Shown in pieces: positions 1-10,625 of a stretch of DNA of 64,000 nucleotides. The DNA is from Octopus bimaculoides (taxonomy: Eukaryota). Position 1 is the first letter of the stretch. Each line of letters starts with the position of its first letter. The translations under genes and the position numbers were made by a program. Below the pieces are notes generated by a model. The model did no database searches. It saw nothing but the letters and a program-made list of their open reading frames with translations, and was not told the DNA's origin. The stretch lies in contig NC_068993.1 of NCBI RefSeq assembly GCF_001194135.2, positions 17,783,785-17,847,784 of the forward strand. Reading direction: 5' to 3'.

Positions 1-219
1 GCTTATTTATTTTCAGAAACAACCAGCTTAATAACAACAATGTTATTTTACTAAATTCTTCATTATTTTTAGAATTAACGAAAACAAAAGCAGTGTATTT
101 CAACAGAAATATGGTAACAAAAGTGTTAAATGGTAATCTGCTGAAACAAACATTAATCCTTTAGCATTCAGATTACTCTGTCAAATGTAATGCTATTTTT
201 TCTTATATTGTTATAAATT

Positions 220-605
220 GTGGAGGCGCAATGGCCCAGTGGTTAGGGCAGCGGACTCGCGGTCATAGGATCGCGGTTTCGATTCCCAGACCAGGCGTTG
301 TGAGTGTTTTTTGAGCGAAAACACCTAAAACTCCATGAGGCTCCAGCAGGGGATGGTGGCGAACCCTGCTGTACTCTTCCAACACAACTTTCTCTCACTC
401 TTTCTTCCTGTTTCTGTTGTACCTGTATTTCAAAGGGCCAGCTTTGTCACACTGTCATGCTGAATATCCCCGAGAACTACGTTAAGGGTACACGTGTCTG
501 TGGAGTGCTCAGCCACATGCACGTTAATTTCACAAGCAGGCTGTTCCGTTGATCGGATCAACTGGAACCCTTGACGTCGTAAGCGACAGAGTGCCAACAA
601 CAACA
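220..605 (+). mobile_element. Full-length tRNA-derived SINE (family A), young copy
   Basis: Pol III A box TGGCCCAGTGG and B box GGTTTCGATTCCC, (CAA)n tail, 11-bp TSD TGTTATAAATT at 209-219 and 606-616. Decayed copies at ~12880-13110, 21530-21860, 25920-26200, 33485-33785, 47030-47240, 47540-47745 and 50030-50355. Confidence 0.9.
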
Positions 606-667
606 TGTTATAAATTAGTTACATATTATGTTGTAGCTTCATGAGTTCAATGGTGTTGTTACTCTTT

Positions 668-889
668 TGCTTGTTTACTTGTTTCAGTCATTTGACTGTG
701 TCCATGCTGGAGCACCATCTTGAAGGGTTTTAAGTCGAACAAATTGACCCCAGGACTTATTTATGAAGCCTAGTACTTATTCTATCTTTTGCCAAACCAC
801 TAAGTTATGGGGACGTAAACACGCCAACACCGATTGTCAAGTGGTGATGGTGGAGGGGAACACAAATACAGACACAAAGACACACACAC

Positions 890-926
<37 letters not shown>

Positions 927-1312
927 TGAAGAAATGCATAGTAAATGCTCAAACGGAAAGTAATCTGGTTGATAACTGATGAAGAATTAGGGACCTTCTG
1001 TATCTGTTTTCTTTCCATTTGTGTACTCAATATACATTTTTCCGTTCATCTGTGCATTCATTATATGTTTTTTACTTTTCGTTTGTGCATTTACTATACA
1101 TTTGTTCACTTATTAAGTAATGGAATGCAATGCACCCTGGTTTTATTAGCAATAAGTTAAATATATATGTGTGTGTGTATGACAGGCTTCTTTCAGTTTC
1201 CATCTACCATATCCACTCGCGGGGCTTTGGTTGGACTGAGGCTATAAGTAGAAGACACTCACCCTAGGTGCCATGCAGTGGGACTGAACCAGGAACCATG
1301 TGGTTTGAGAAG
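668..1312 (-). mobile_element. SINE family C copy with an internal (TA)n tract
   Basis: Reverse complement of the family seen at 4873-5290 and 50685-51005, with an additional ~240-nt insert at ~925-1165. Confidence 0.7.
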
Positions 1313-1323
1313 CAAGCTTCTTA

Positions 1324-1520
1324 TTTCTTTATTGCCCACAAGGGGCTAAACATAGAGGGGACAAACAAAGAGATTAAGTGCGTAACTGGTACTTAATTTA
1401 TCGACCCCGAAAGGATGAAAGGCAAAGTCGACCTCGGCGGAATTTGAACTCAGAACGTAGCGGCAGACGAAACACCGCTAAACATTTTGCCCGGCATGCT
1501 AACGTTTCTGCCAGTTCACC
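1324..1520 (-). mobile_element. SINE family B, GAAATAA-tailed variant, inserted in a family C head
   Basis: Same head and core as family B. TSD AAGCTTCTTA at 1314-1323 and 1521-1530. Confidence 0.85.
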
Positions 1521-2247
1521 AAGCTTCTTATCACATAGCTATGACTGCACCTGTGTATTTTTAGAATGCCATGTAGTGTAAATGTGAGAGGTTGAATCTG
1601 GTCAGTTTCAATGTAAAATGGGTTTTTTGTCAGATATGGCCAGTTTAAATGCTAAAGGGTTATGCTACCACTACCATGACCACTACCATCGAAGGTGACA
1701 CTCCACTATAATATCACCATTGACATCCCTACTATAGCTACTATTATTACTATTTGGTTACTGGAAACTGAAAGAAGTCTACCATGTGTGCATGTGTCAT
1801 TGGCATTTGGTGATAGTTGTAAATGAATATCATCATACAAAGGCTTCCACCCCTCTACAAAAGTCATTCTGTCCACCAATACCATCCAAGAACAGCACAA
1901 AGCAGTAAGATGGCTTTTAGGTGGTCACTCAATCTGCATGAAATAGCAGCCAAGTCTCCATGGAATCGTGTCCTACTGTCTTAAATAAATAAACAATACT
2001 TTAGATGCATTAGATACCTCTAGAAAAACAAAATAATCATGGTTTGAATTTTTGATTGCAGATCTGCTTGGTCAGGGGCTGACCTGGAGCTAAAAGATAA
2101 CAACAACTAGTCTCTACATATTGCCCCTACTGTAGCTGTTATCTCTATCTTTGTTAGCATCATGACCAACAACCTCTTACCCACTAAAATATATAAAAAA
2201 TGTCCCCAATATCAGTTGCATTTGCCAATTTTTCAATGCTCTAATTT

Positions 2248-2810
2248 AGTTATAACTCCATATATTGATGGCCCCCATGTATTGTTACTCCATATATTGA
2301 TGACCCCATATATTGTTACTCTATATATTGATGACCCACATGTATTGTTAACTCCATATGTTGATGACCCCATATTGATATTAATGTATTGATGACCCCT
2401 ATGTATTGTTAATTCCATATATTGGTGACCCCATATTGGTGCCCTAATGTAGTGATGACCCCATATATTGTTACTCTCTATATTGATGACCCCATATTGG
2501 TGACCCACATGTATTGTTAACTCTGCATATTAATAATCCCATATTGATACTCTAATGTATTGGTGACCCCATATTGATGACCCCATATTGATATTAATGT
2601 ATTGATGACCCCTGTGTATTGTTAACTCCATATATATTAATGCCCTAATGTAAGGATGATCCCTATGTGTTGTTAACTCCATATCTTGATGACCCCATAT
2701 TGATGCCCTAAACTATTGATGACCCTGTATTAATGCCTTAATGTCAGGATGACCCCCATGTATTGATGACTTTATGTATTGATGCCCCCATGTTTTGACC
2801 CCCATGCATT
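2248..2810. repeat. Degenerate minisatellite, core ATATTGATGACCCC, unit about 14-32 nt
   Basis: Many recurrences of (T/A)ATTGATGACCCC interleaved with ATGTATTGTTA(A)CTCC. Ends about 70 nt before the exon 1 acceptor. Confidence 0.9.
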
Positions 2811-2878
2811 GCATTCTAACTTTGCTCTCTTTGTCTGATGATTTTTAAAGATTCTATTTCCCTTTTCCTGTTTTGCAG

Positions 2879-3627
2879 TCGTCGTCAGCTACAAACTATC
2901 CAATGTTTACAATTGAACAGATTGAATTGATTCGGCGACTGCGCAACAGTGGAATAACTAAGGAACAAGTTGTAGAAGCTTTTGAACGCTTCGACCGTAT
3001 TGACCAAGAACTTGGACTCTTGTACACAGTTCCATCCAGTGGTGCTTCACCTTCTTCTACAGCGACAGCGAGCCAAACGCTCAATGTTGCCGTCACTGCC
3101 AGTGCGCAGTCGAGTGTCACAAATGTGCCCACCACCACCACTGCCTTCGCCCTTAGCCAGGGTGCGGCAGTGTCACGGTCAAACGGACAATACTCATTGT
3201 ACACATCATCTCGGCCGTCATTCTCATCATCATCCCCACAGTCGGACAATGGACAATCAGATCTTAAACCTCCTAGCAATAAACGGCCACGAGAGGAGTG
3301 CAGTGAAAATAACCATGACGAGTCTCTGCAAGAAAACAGTCAAATTCAACGGGCCCACAATTCTGTTCACAATTCCATGTCGCTAGGAGGAGGAAATTCT
3401 TTAACTACTAACAGATCCTTGTCATATGCCGACAGTCATTCAACCATCACAGCATCTCAAAATTCTACAGTGCCCAATTCTTTGTCAGGAACACAGAACT
3501 CACCAGCTTCACGGGTTAATGACTCAATGCCCAACTTAGCAAGTGGAGCATTAGATGATAGCCAGTTGGCAATTAACTTAGAAAATAATCCAGATTTGGA
3601 AATTGAAGAACTACAAGAATTTATGAA
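2879..3627 (+). CDS. HMBOX1: HMBOX1-like homeobox gene, coding exon 1 in window: HNF1/HMBOX1 N-terminal domain plus S/T/N-rich linker
   Basis: Acceptor cctgttttgcag|2879 and donor ATGAA|gtaagt at 3628 (phase 2). The translation PMFTIEQIELIRRLRNSGITKEQVVEAFERFDRIDQE matches the recalled HMBOX1 N-terminus PRFTIEQIDLLQRLRRTGMTKHEILHALETLDRLDQE. First in-frame ATG is at 2903. Confidence 0.92.
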
Positions 3628-3993
3628 GTAAGTCATTGTTTTTTTATAGTTTAAAAAAAAATATTATTGTCATTATTATTGTTTTTATTTCTTATATTGA
3701 GAAAGGCAATGTAGTCAAATGCATGGTTGTGTGGACAAGAAGCTTGATTTCCGACTACATGGTTTGAGGTTCAGTCCCACTGTGTGAAACTTTGAGCAAG
3801 TGTTTTCTACTATAGCCTTGGGCTGACTAAAGGCTTTCTGAGTGTATTTGGTAGACAGAAACTGATGGAAGACAGTCATATATATGATCTGAATTCAGAA
3901 TGAAAAGAGCTGCATTGCATTAGTTGTATTACACAATATAAAGTGATTGGAATTTAATAGGAAACTGTATTAGATTCCTGTTGCTTGCATGTC

Positions 3994-4035
<42 letters not shown>

Positions 4036-4370
4036 TGTGTGTGTGTGTGCATATGTGTGTGCACGTGTGTAAATAATCTATTAGTGTTTCTTTGTCTTGA
4101 CATCACCAACATAAAAACAGTGGCTTTTGTTTCCAGACATCTGAAAACAGATCCGGCCATGGGAAAATATTATTACTATATCTGAAAACAGGTGAAGTTT
4201 GCCAATAGGAAGGGTATCCAGCCATAGAAAATCTACATTGACAAATTCTGTCCAACCCATGCAAAAATAGGAAAGTGCATGTTAAGGAAATTATATATAC
4301 TACGATAACACTATGACTTTATAAAAAATGGATATTGCTGATTGATTTGATCCTTCCTACAGTGCTGTAA

Positions 4371-4590
4371 CCCTTTCGTTACCAACCCGGCTGAGACTGG
4401 TTCTGGCTCTGAGTACAAATGTCTTGTTTTCAAAAGTTCTGAATTAAAATCTTCTACCAAACCTTAGTCACAATTTATGTTCCTAACACTAGCTTAATGA
4501 TAACTAAATTATTTTACTAAATTCTTTGTTATATTTAAAGTAATTGAAAGAAACACAGAGCATCTCAAAATAAATACAGTAATGAAAGGG
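4371..4590. mobile_element. piggyBac-type MITE (family P2)
   Basis: Ends (G)TAA|CCCTTTCGTTAC and GTAATGAAAGGG|TTAA; 220 bp. Partial or decayed relatives at 1-129 and ~57509-57702. Confidence 0.75.
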
Positions 4591-4714
4591 TTAAGACGCC
4601 ACTTATGTAATCAATGTGTATTCAATAGGCACAGCTCTGATTTTATTGCAAGTTCTCATTTAGCATCTCTTCTATTTCTTCTACCAGTTTATTTATTTCT
4701 TTTTACTATATTTT

Positions 4715-5033
4715 GTGCTGGTGTGACTATGTGGTAAGAAGTTTGCTTCCCAACCACATGATTCTGAGTTTAGTCCAACTGTGTAGCATCTTGGTCTAGC
4801 GTCCTCTGCTAAGTGGGCCAACCAAAGCCTTATGAGTGGATATGGTAAACAGAAACTGAAAGAAGCCCATTAGGCGCAGGAGTGGCTGTGTGGTAAGTAG
4901 GTTACTTACCAACCACGTGGTTCTGGGTTCAGTCCCACTGCATGGCACCTTGGCCAAGAGTCTTCTACTATAGCCTTGGGCCGACCAAAGCGTTGTGAGT
5001 GGATTTGGTAGACAGAAACTGAAAGAAGCCTGT

Positions 5034-5075
<42 letters not shown>

Positions 5076-5790
5076 GTATGTGTATGTGTATATGTTTGTT
5101 TGTCTGTGGTTATTCCCCCAACATCATTTGACAACTGATGCTGGTGTGCTTATATCCCCGTAACTTAGCAGTTCAGCAAAAGAGACCAATAGAGTAAGTG
5201 CTAGGCTTACAACGAATAGGTCCTGAGGTCAATTTGTTTAACTAAAGGCGGTGCTCCAGCATGGCCACGGTCAAATGATTGAAACAAATAAAAGAATACA
5301 CATACACACACACACACACACATGCATGTACATATGTGTGTGTATGACTATGTTTGTATTTGTCCCCCACCACTGCTTGACAACTGGTGTTGATTTGTTT
5401 GTTCTTGTAACTTAACAGTTTGCTGAAAGAATCAATAGAATCAGTACCAGGTTTTAAAAAATAACTACTGGTTTCAATTCATTCAACTAAGATCCTTCAA
5501 GGCAGTGCCCCAGCATGGCCACTGCCCAGTGACTGAAACAAGTAAAAGATAGAAAAAAAATTGTGAACAGGTGTGGCTAAAAAGGCCACTTCCCAACCAT
5601 GTGGTTTTTGGGTTCAGTTCCCATGAGTGTCTTGAACAAGTGTCTTCTAATACAGTCTCAGGCTGACCAAAGCCTTGTAAGTGGATTTGGTAGACAGAAA
5701 CTGAAAAGAAGCCTTTCATATATGCATATCCATCTATCTATCTGTCTGTATGTATGTATGTATGTCTGTATGTATATATGTATGTAGGTG
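4715..5790 (+). mobile_element. Nested cluster of family C SINEs
   Basis: tRNA-like head GGCGCAGGAGTGGCTGTGTGGTAAG...GGGTTCAGTCCC, CCTTGG(G)CAAG motif, internal (TA)/(TG) tract, AAAAGA tail. A complete copy at ~4873-5290 sits inside an older copy. Confidence 0.8.
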
Positions 5791-6479
5791 TGTGAGTTTC
5801 CCTTTGTGAGTGATTTCATATCTGTCTTATTTACACATGCATTTCACTCACTGGTTTGTAAATAATAGCTTCACTAATGATGTTATTTGCTTACAGTTCG
5901 TGACAAAAGTATGTCCAGGCTTCCTGACATGCCTTAACATGTATGATCTTTGGTAACAAAAGGCTCATTTCATTATCAGTTTGTTTCTATCACCCCATAA
6001 ATCATGTCTGGGCTATTTGTTGTTTGATAGACTGAGGGATTATTACCTCACTTGGAAACAGGCTTGCGGGGTTTAGTGACAGGATGAGCATACAGCTGTA
6101 GAAAACTCTGATTTAGCTTTTATTGCTAGCAATCAGGTGACATGTAAAGGCTTTCTTGTTGTCTTATCAATAATGAATGTATTAATGTTGATGGAAGAGA
6201 GAGAGAGAGAGCAAAGACAGAGAACAATGTGAGACTAAATGTGAAACCACGTGATTAGGAAATTAATGTCTTAACTACACAGTTAAGCCTTTGTATAAGG
6301 AGTCCCTATTTGCTTCGCCCTCCAAAAGTAAATAACAATTTAATTCATGTATAACAATTTATAGTAGGGTCTATGATATTTAACTAGTTTCAATATTCAT
6401 TCCGTAGCCTACACCAGTGTCGCATAACCAGCCCACCTAAAAAGTACTTTTGAATTGTCAGGCGACATGCCGTGCTTGA

Positions 6480-6772
6480 GGAGACCTATTGAGTCAAGTA
6501 AAATCAAAATCAAATCAAATCAAATTACAATCAAATGGAAATTGTAGTTGTGGCTGATGCCAGTGCCGCCTGACTGGCTCCTGTGCTGGTGGCATGCAAT
6601 AAGCACCATTCATGCATCGGTCATTGCTAGTACCACCTGACTGGCTCCCCCTGCCGATGGCATGTAAAAAGCACCATCCGAACGTGGTCGATGCACCATC
6701 CGAACATGGTTGATGCACCGTCTGAGCGTGGGTGATGCACTGTCTGAATGATGATGATGATGATGATGATGA
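6480..6772 (+). repeat. Interspersed repeat with internal tandem units and a (GAT)n tail
   Basis: Two ~75-nt related units, then 22-nt units GCACCATCCGAACGTGGTCGAT x3.5 (6671-6749), then (GAT)n. Confidence 0.65.
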
Positions 6773-7042
6773 TTCACATGTTAGATAACTTCTGTATGTT
6801 TTTGGAACTCTACTTGTTATACATTAATAATCCTTTCTACTATAGGCACAAGGCCTGAATTTTTTTTTTTTTTTTTGGTGGGAGAAGGGGTGCTAGTCGA
6901 CTGCATTGACCCTGGTGCCCAACTGGCACTTATTTTAATGACCTCGGAAGAATGAAAGGTAGCGTCAACCTTAGCAGAATTTGAAATCAATGTAAACATG
7001 GACAAAATATCACTAAGCGTTTTGTCCAACATTATATATTAA

Positions 7043-7262
7043 CCCTTCAGCATTCAGATTACCCTGCCAAATGCAATGGTTTGCATTCACATTGTTTTTG
7101 AATTAATCATGCATTATTTCATAGCTCTGTGATTTCAATGGTGTGATTGTTTATTTTTAGAATTACATTGTAGGGTAAGTATGAGAGGCCAAATCTGGCC
7201 AGGTTGAACATAAGACAGATGGAGTATTTGGGCCGGATATGGCTGGTTTAAATGCTGAAGGG
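7043..7262. mobile_element. Intact piggyBac-type MITE (family P1)
   Basis: TTAA TSDs at 7039-7042 and 7263-7266; perfect 12-bp TIR CCCTTCAGCATT/AATGCTGAAGGG; 220 bp. Confidence 0.88.
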
Positions 7263-7769
7263 TTAATAATAGTACTATTTTCAATATTGTGCATCTGGAT
7301 GCATTTTGATTTGTGCCTTCAGTTCTTGAATATACCTTTGTGTGTGTGTGTGTGTGTGTGCACGCATTTCACCCATGCACCATCTCTAACCATCCCTCAT
7401 TCCCTCCATATATTCTTGCAATCTCCTCCCTCCTGCACTTCCTGTTCTTCTGTTCTCACTGACTTCCTCTATTCACCATCTTTCACCTTAAGGGTCTGTT
7501 CTGATGCTCCATCTCCACTATTTTTATTGCTCTTACCAGTTCCAGTCTGATTACTCTTGCCCACTCTTGTATAATGCAAGTGACTCTGTATTTTTCTCTA
7601 CAGCGAGAAACCTGTTCTTACCTCTTCTTCCATACTTTAACCTCACATCATCTAGCACAAAGCTGCTTCCCTCTCCACTGTAGCTCCAATCAGTTGAAGT
7701 AGAGCTTAGTCTTGTGGGGTACTTTGTGACTCCCCTCCACCCACACTGACACACTAGTTGGTGATATGA

Positions 7770-7950
7770 AATAAGCTCCTGGTACACTCAGTAAAGTGGT
7801 TGTCATTAGGAAGGGCATCCAGTCTTACAAACCATGTCAAAGCAGACATTGGAGCATGATGCAGTCTCTAGATCCACTCAAATCTATTAGTCCATCTAGC
7901 CCATGCCAGTATGATAGGTAGATGTTAAAAGATGATGATGATGATGACAA
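7770..7950 (+). mobile_element. (GAT)n-tailed retroposon fragment (family E)
   Basis: Motif AAAGTGGTTGGCATTAGGAAGGGCATCCAGCC...CCCATGCCAGCATGG...(GAT)n. Further copies at ~4180-4290, 18840-19000(-), 21260-21515, 26730-26960(-), 27170-27410, 31830-32070 and 32320-32560(-). Confidence 0.7.
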
Positions 7951-10324
7951 TGATATGTATGTATTCATGTATATGTATACACACATATATATGTGTGTGT
8001 AGACATCATATTTGGCCTTAAAAAAATACATGCAAAATGTCTATCTTCATTTGTTTCTAGGTGCAGAGACACTGTATGTAGTCTTAAAACACACACAGAG
8101 ACAGACACTAACATAGACACACACACACACACACAACACACACACACACACACAACGCACACAAACATAAAACTAAATATCTGTGGATATATTTGTTGTT
8201 TTTAGATTTAAACATTCCTATAGAGAATTCTTGTGTACTAATTACCTGCATAATCTCGATTAACAAAGTTTTTCACAAGACACTTTATTTTGCTTATGTG
8301 TGAAATACTTCCATACTTGTAGTTAGTATGCACAGTTCTCTACCACCATATTTTCTCCTCATCCATACTATATGTATTTATGTGTGTGAAACAAATATTA
8401 TATTTGCTGCTGTGTCACATATTTAAGCCTTTTATTATTCTTAGGTTATTCATGTACATTAATATAAGGTTTATTCAAATAATTGCACACATGCTGATTG
8501 TAATTTACCTCTGTATCAATTCTGAGATCAATTTACTAATTAATTAATTAATTAACAATACAGAAGTAAACTGCATCCATCACATGTGCTTTTATTAATT
8601 AATTAGTTAATTGATTAACAATATAGAGGTAAACTACAACTAGTGCATGTGTTTTTGTGGGTATATGACCCTACCAAAGTATAGCAATAAAATGATTAAT
8701 TTGAGGCATAAAAGTAACACTCATCTCTCTCTCTCACACACACACACAGTATAGGCGACAGAAAAATTAACGAATTGGTTAATTAACAAACATAAATAAA
8801 CTGCAACCAGATTGTAGTTTCAACACAATTCTTTCTTGTTTTTCCTTTTACTTGTTTCACTTATTGGACTGCAGCTATGCTAGGGCACCACCTTGAAAGG
8901 TTTAGTTGAATTAATCGATCTACGTTCTTTTTTTAAAAGTCTAGTACTTATTCGGTTAGTCTGTTTTGTCAGACCGCTAAGTTATAGGGATGTAAACAAA
9001 TCAGTACCGGCCGTCAAGCAGTGGTTGGGGACAAACACACACAGAAGCATACATATACGACGGGCTTCCACACAGTCTTCACTACAAGGCATTAGTCAGC
9101 TTGGGGCTGTGATAGAAGACACCTGCCCAAGGTGCAACGCAATGCGACTATGTGATTGCAAAGCCAGCTTCTTAACCACGCATACATACCTGCGTTGGAT
9201 CAATCCGAAAATGTTACTCTTTTAATATTCAAAACAATATGTTATGTTCTCTTATGTTATATGTTGTATCTTTGTTCTGCTTTCAAATATTTACTATATA
9301 TTAGGCATAATGATTCCTTAGAGAAAGACAAGGCCTGATATTCTAAGGACCGGAAACAATCGATTATAATAATTTATTTTATCGGCCCGGAAGGATGAAA
9401 AAGATGTCAACTCTGACCCCTGTGGGATCTGAACCCAAAATGTTAAGGGCTGTGACTTAAATACTGCAAAACATTTTCTCCGACACGCCCACGATTCTAC
9501 TAATTCATTATTCCCTTTGTACATATGCATAAACGATGAGTTTGAGTTGGAAAAAAAAAATCCGTAATAGGGGAAATAACTCTTGGTGTCATTTTGCTGA
9601 AATATGAATTCGTCTGAGAATATATTATTAACAGTAAATTAAATTTTATTTTATCCTTGTAACAGAGATGTAGATGTGGTGGAGGGAAAACATTGCTTTT
9701 ATTCTTTCCTTGATCTCTGTTTTGTAGAAGTGGGAGGTATGCGTGTGCGTGTGAGAGTAAAGTTCATGCGGGGATTTTTATGAAGGACGTTTATCGTTTT
9801 AAAGAAAACTTTGTGAGTAAAAAAGGGGTTGATGTAGAGACACAGAAAAGAAGTTCAGACAGGTTTGGTTGTGCAAGTCACAGGTGGAACTTTGTTGTTG
9901 GTGTCGTCGTTTAAACCTAGATCGACTCTGAATGGGTAGACATATGATCAAAAGCATTCCAGCCATGACACCCCACTCCCATTTTTTTCTCAGACGTGTG
10001 TCTGCACATACACACACACACGAGGGGAACTTGAGTGGCTTGGCAATCCAACTCCTGGAGACAGGGAGATCACTTGGCTGATGGTTGATGAGGATATTAT
10101 CTGATGTGCCCTTTTTTTTTTCTTTTTTCTAAAATGATAGGATGTAATCTGCTCCATATTGAGGCTCCTCTGCATTATTTTGTAATAAATTCAGTTTACC
10201 CTGTGGATATAGTTTAAGAAGCCCTTTATTCTCAAAGCTGATTTTTCCAAGTTACACCAGATAAAAATGGAGCTTTCTATGGTGCTCAACCCATCCAAAT
10301 AGTTATGAAGTCTAACTGATTATA

Positions 10325-10451
10325 CAGGGTGTCCACAAAGTCTGGGTAGATGGGGATTAACACATACTTTAAGAAATTATTATTTCTTATATTTAATTGT
10401 TTATGTTATGATTTTATTTGCTCCATGTACCCAGACCTTGTGGACACCCTG
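10325..10451. mobile_element. Tc1/mariner-type MITE, 127 bp
   Basis: TA|CAGGGTGTCCACAAAGTCTGGGTA ... TACCCAGACCTTGTGGACACCCTG; 24-bp TIR with 1 mismatch. The right-hand TA is mutated to CA. Confidence 0.85.
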
Positions 10452-10585
10452 CAGAATAATATATCTTGCCTTAGAAATAGTGTATTTGGATCCTATAGAT
10501 AATATATTTAAACCTTATAGAGAGTGTGAAAGTGTATTTGAACCTTACAGTAGTATATTTGGATCTTATTGTAGTACTGAGTTGG

Positions 10586-10625
10586 ATTGGATTGGATTGG
10601 ATTGGATTGGATTGGATTGGATTGG
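10586..10625. repeat. (ATTGG)8 pentanucleotide microsatellite
   Basis: Eight perfect units counted directly. Confidence 0.97.

Larger units (their letters stand above)
157..1659. mobile_element. piggyBac-type MITE (family P1) split by nested SINE insertions
   Basis: Left end TTAA|TCCTTTAGCATT (153-168) and right end AATGCTAAAGGG|TTAT. Pieces at 157-219, 606-665 and ~1553-1659 are colinear with the intact copy at 7043-7262. Confidence 0.75.

Noticed and set aside
225-296. tRNA gene
   Set aside because: It has A/B boxes but no acceptor-stem closure, continues into a SINE body and tail, and is flanked by a TSD. It is a SINE head.
976-1010. CTGATGA as a hammerhead core
   Set aside because: No stem II or downstream GAAA could be paired.
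2896-3279. 127-aa antisense ORF, and the 2982-3386 alternative-frame ORF
   Set aside because: Both are shadows of the GC-richer HMBOX1 exon with no recognisable domain.
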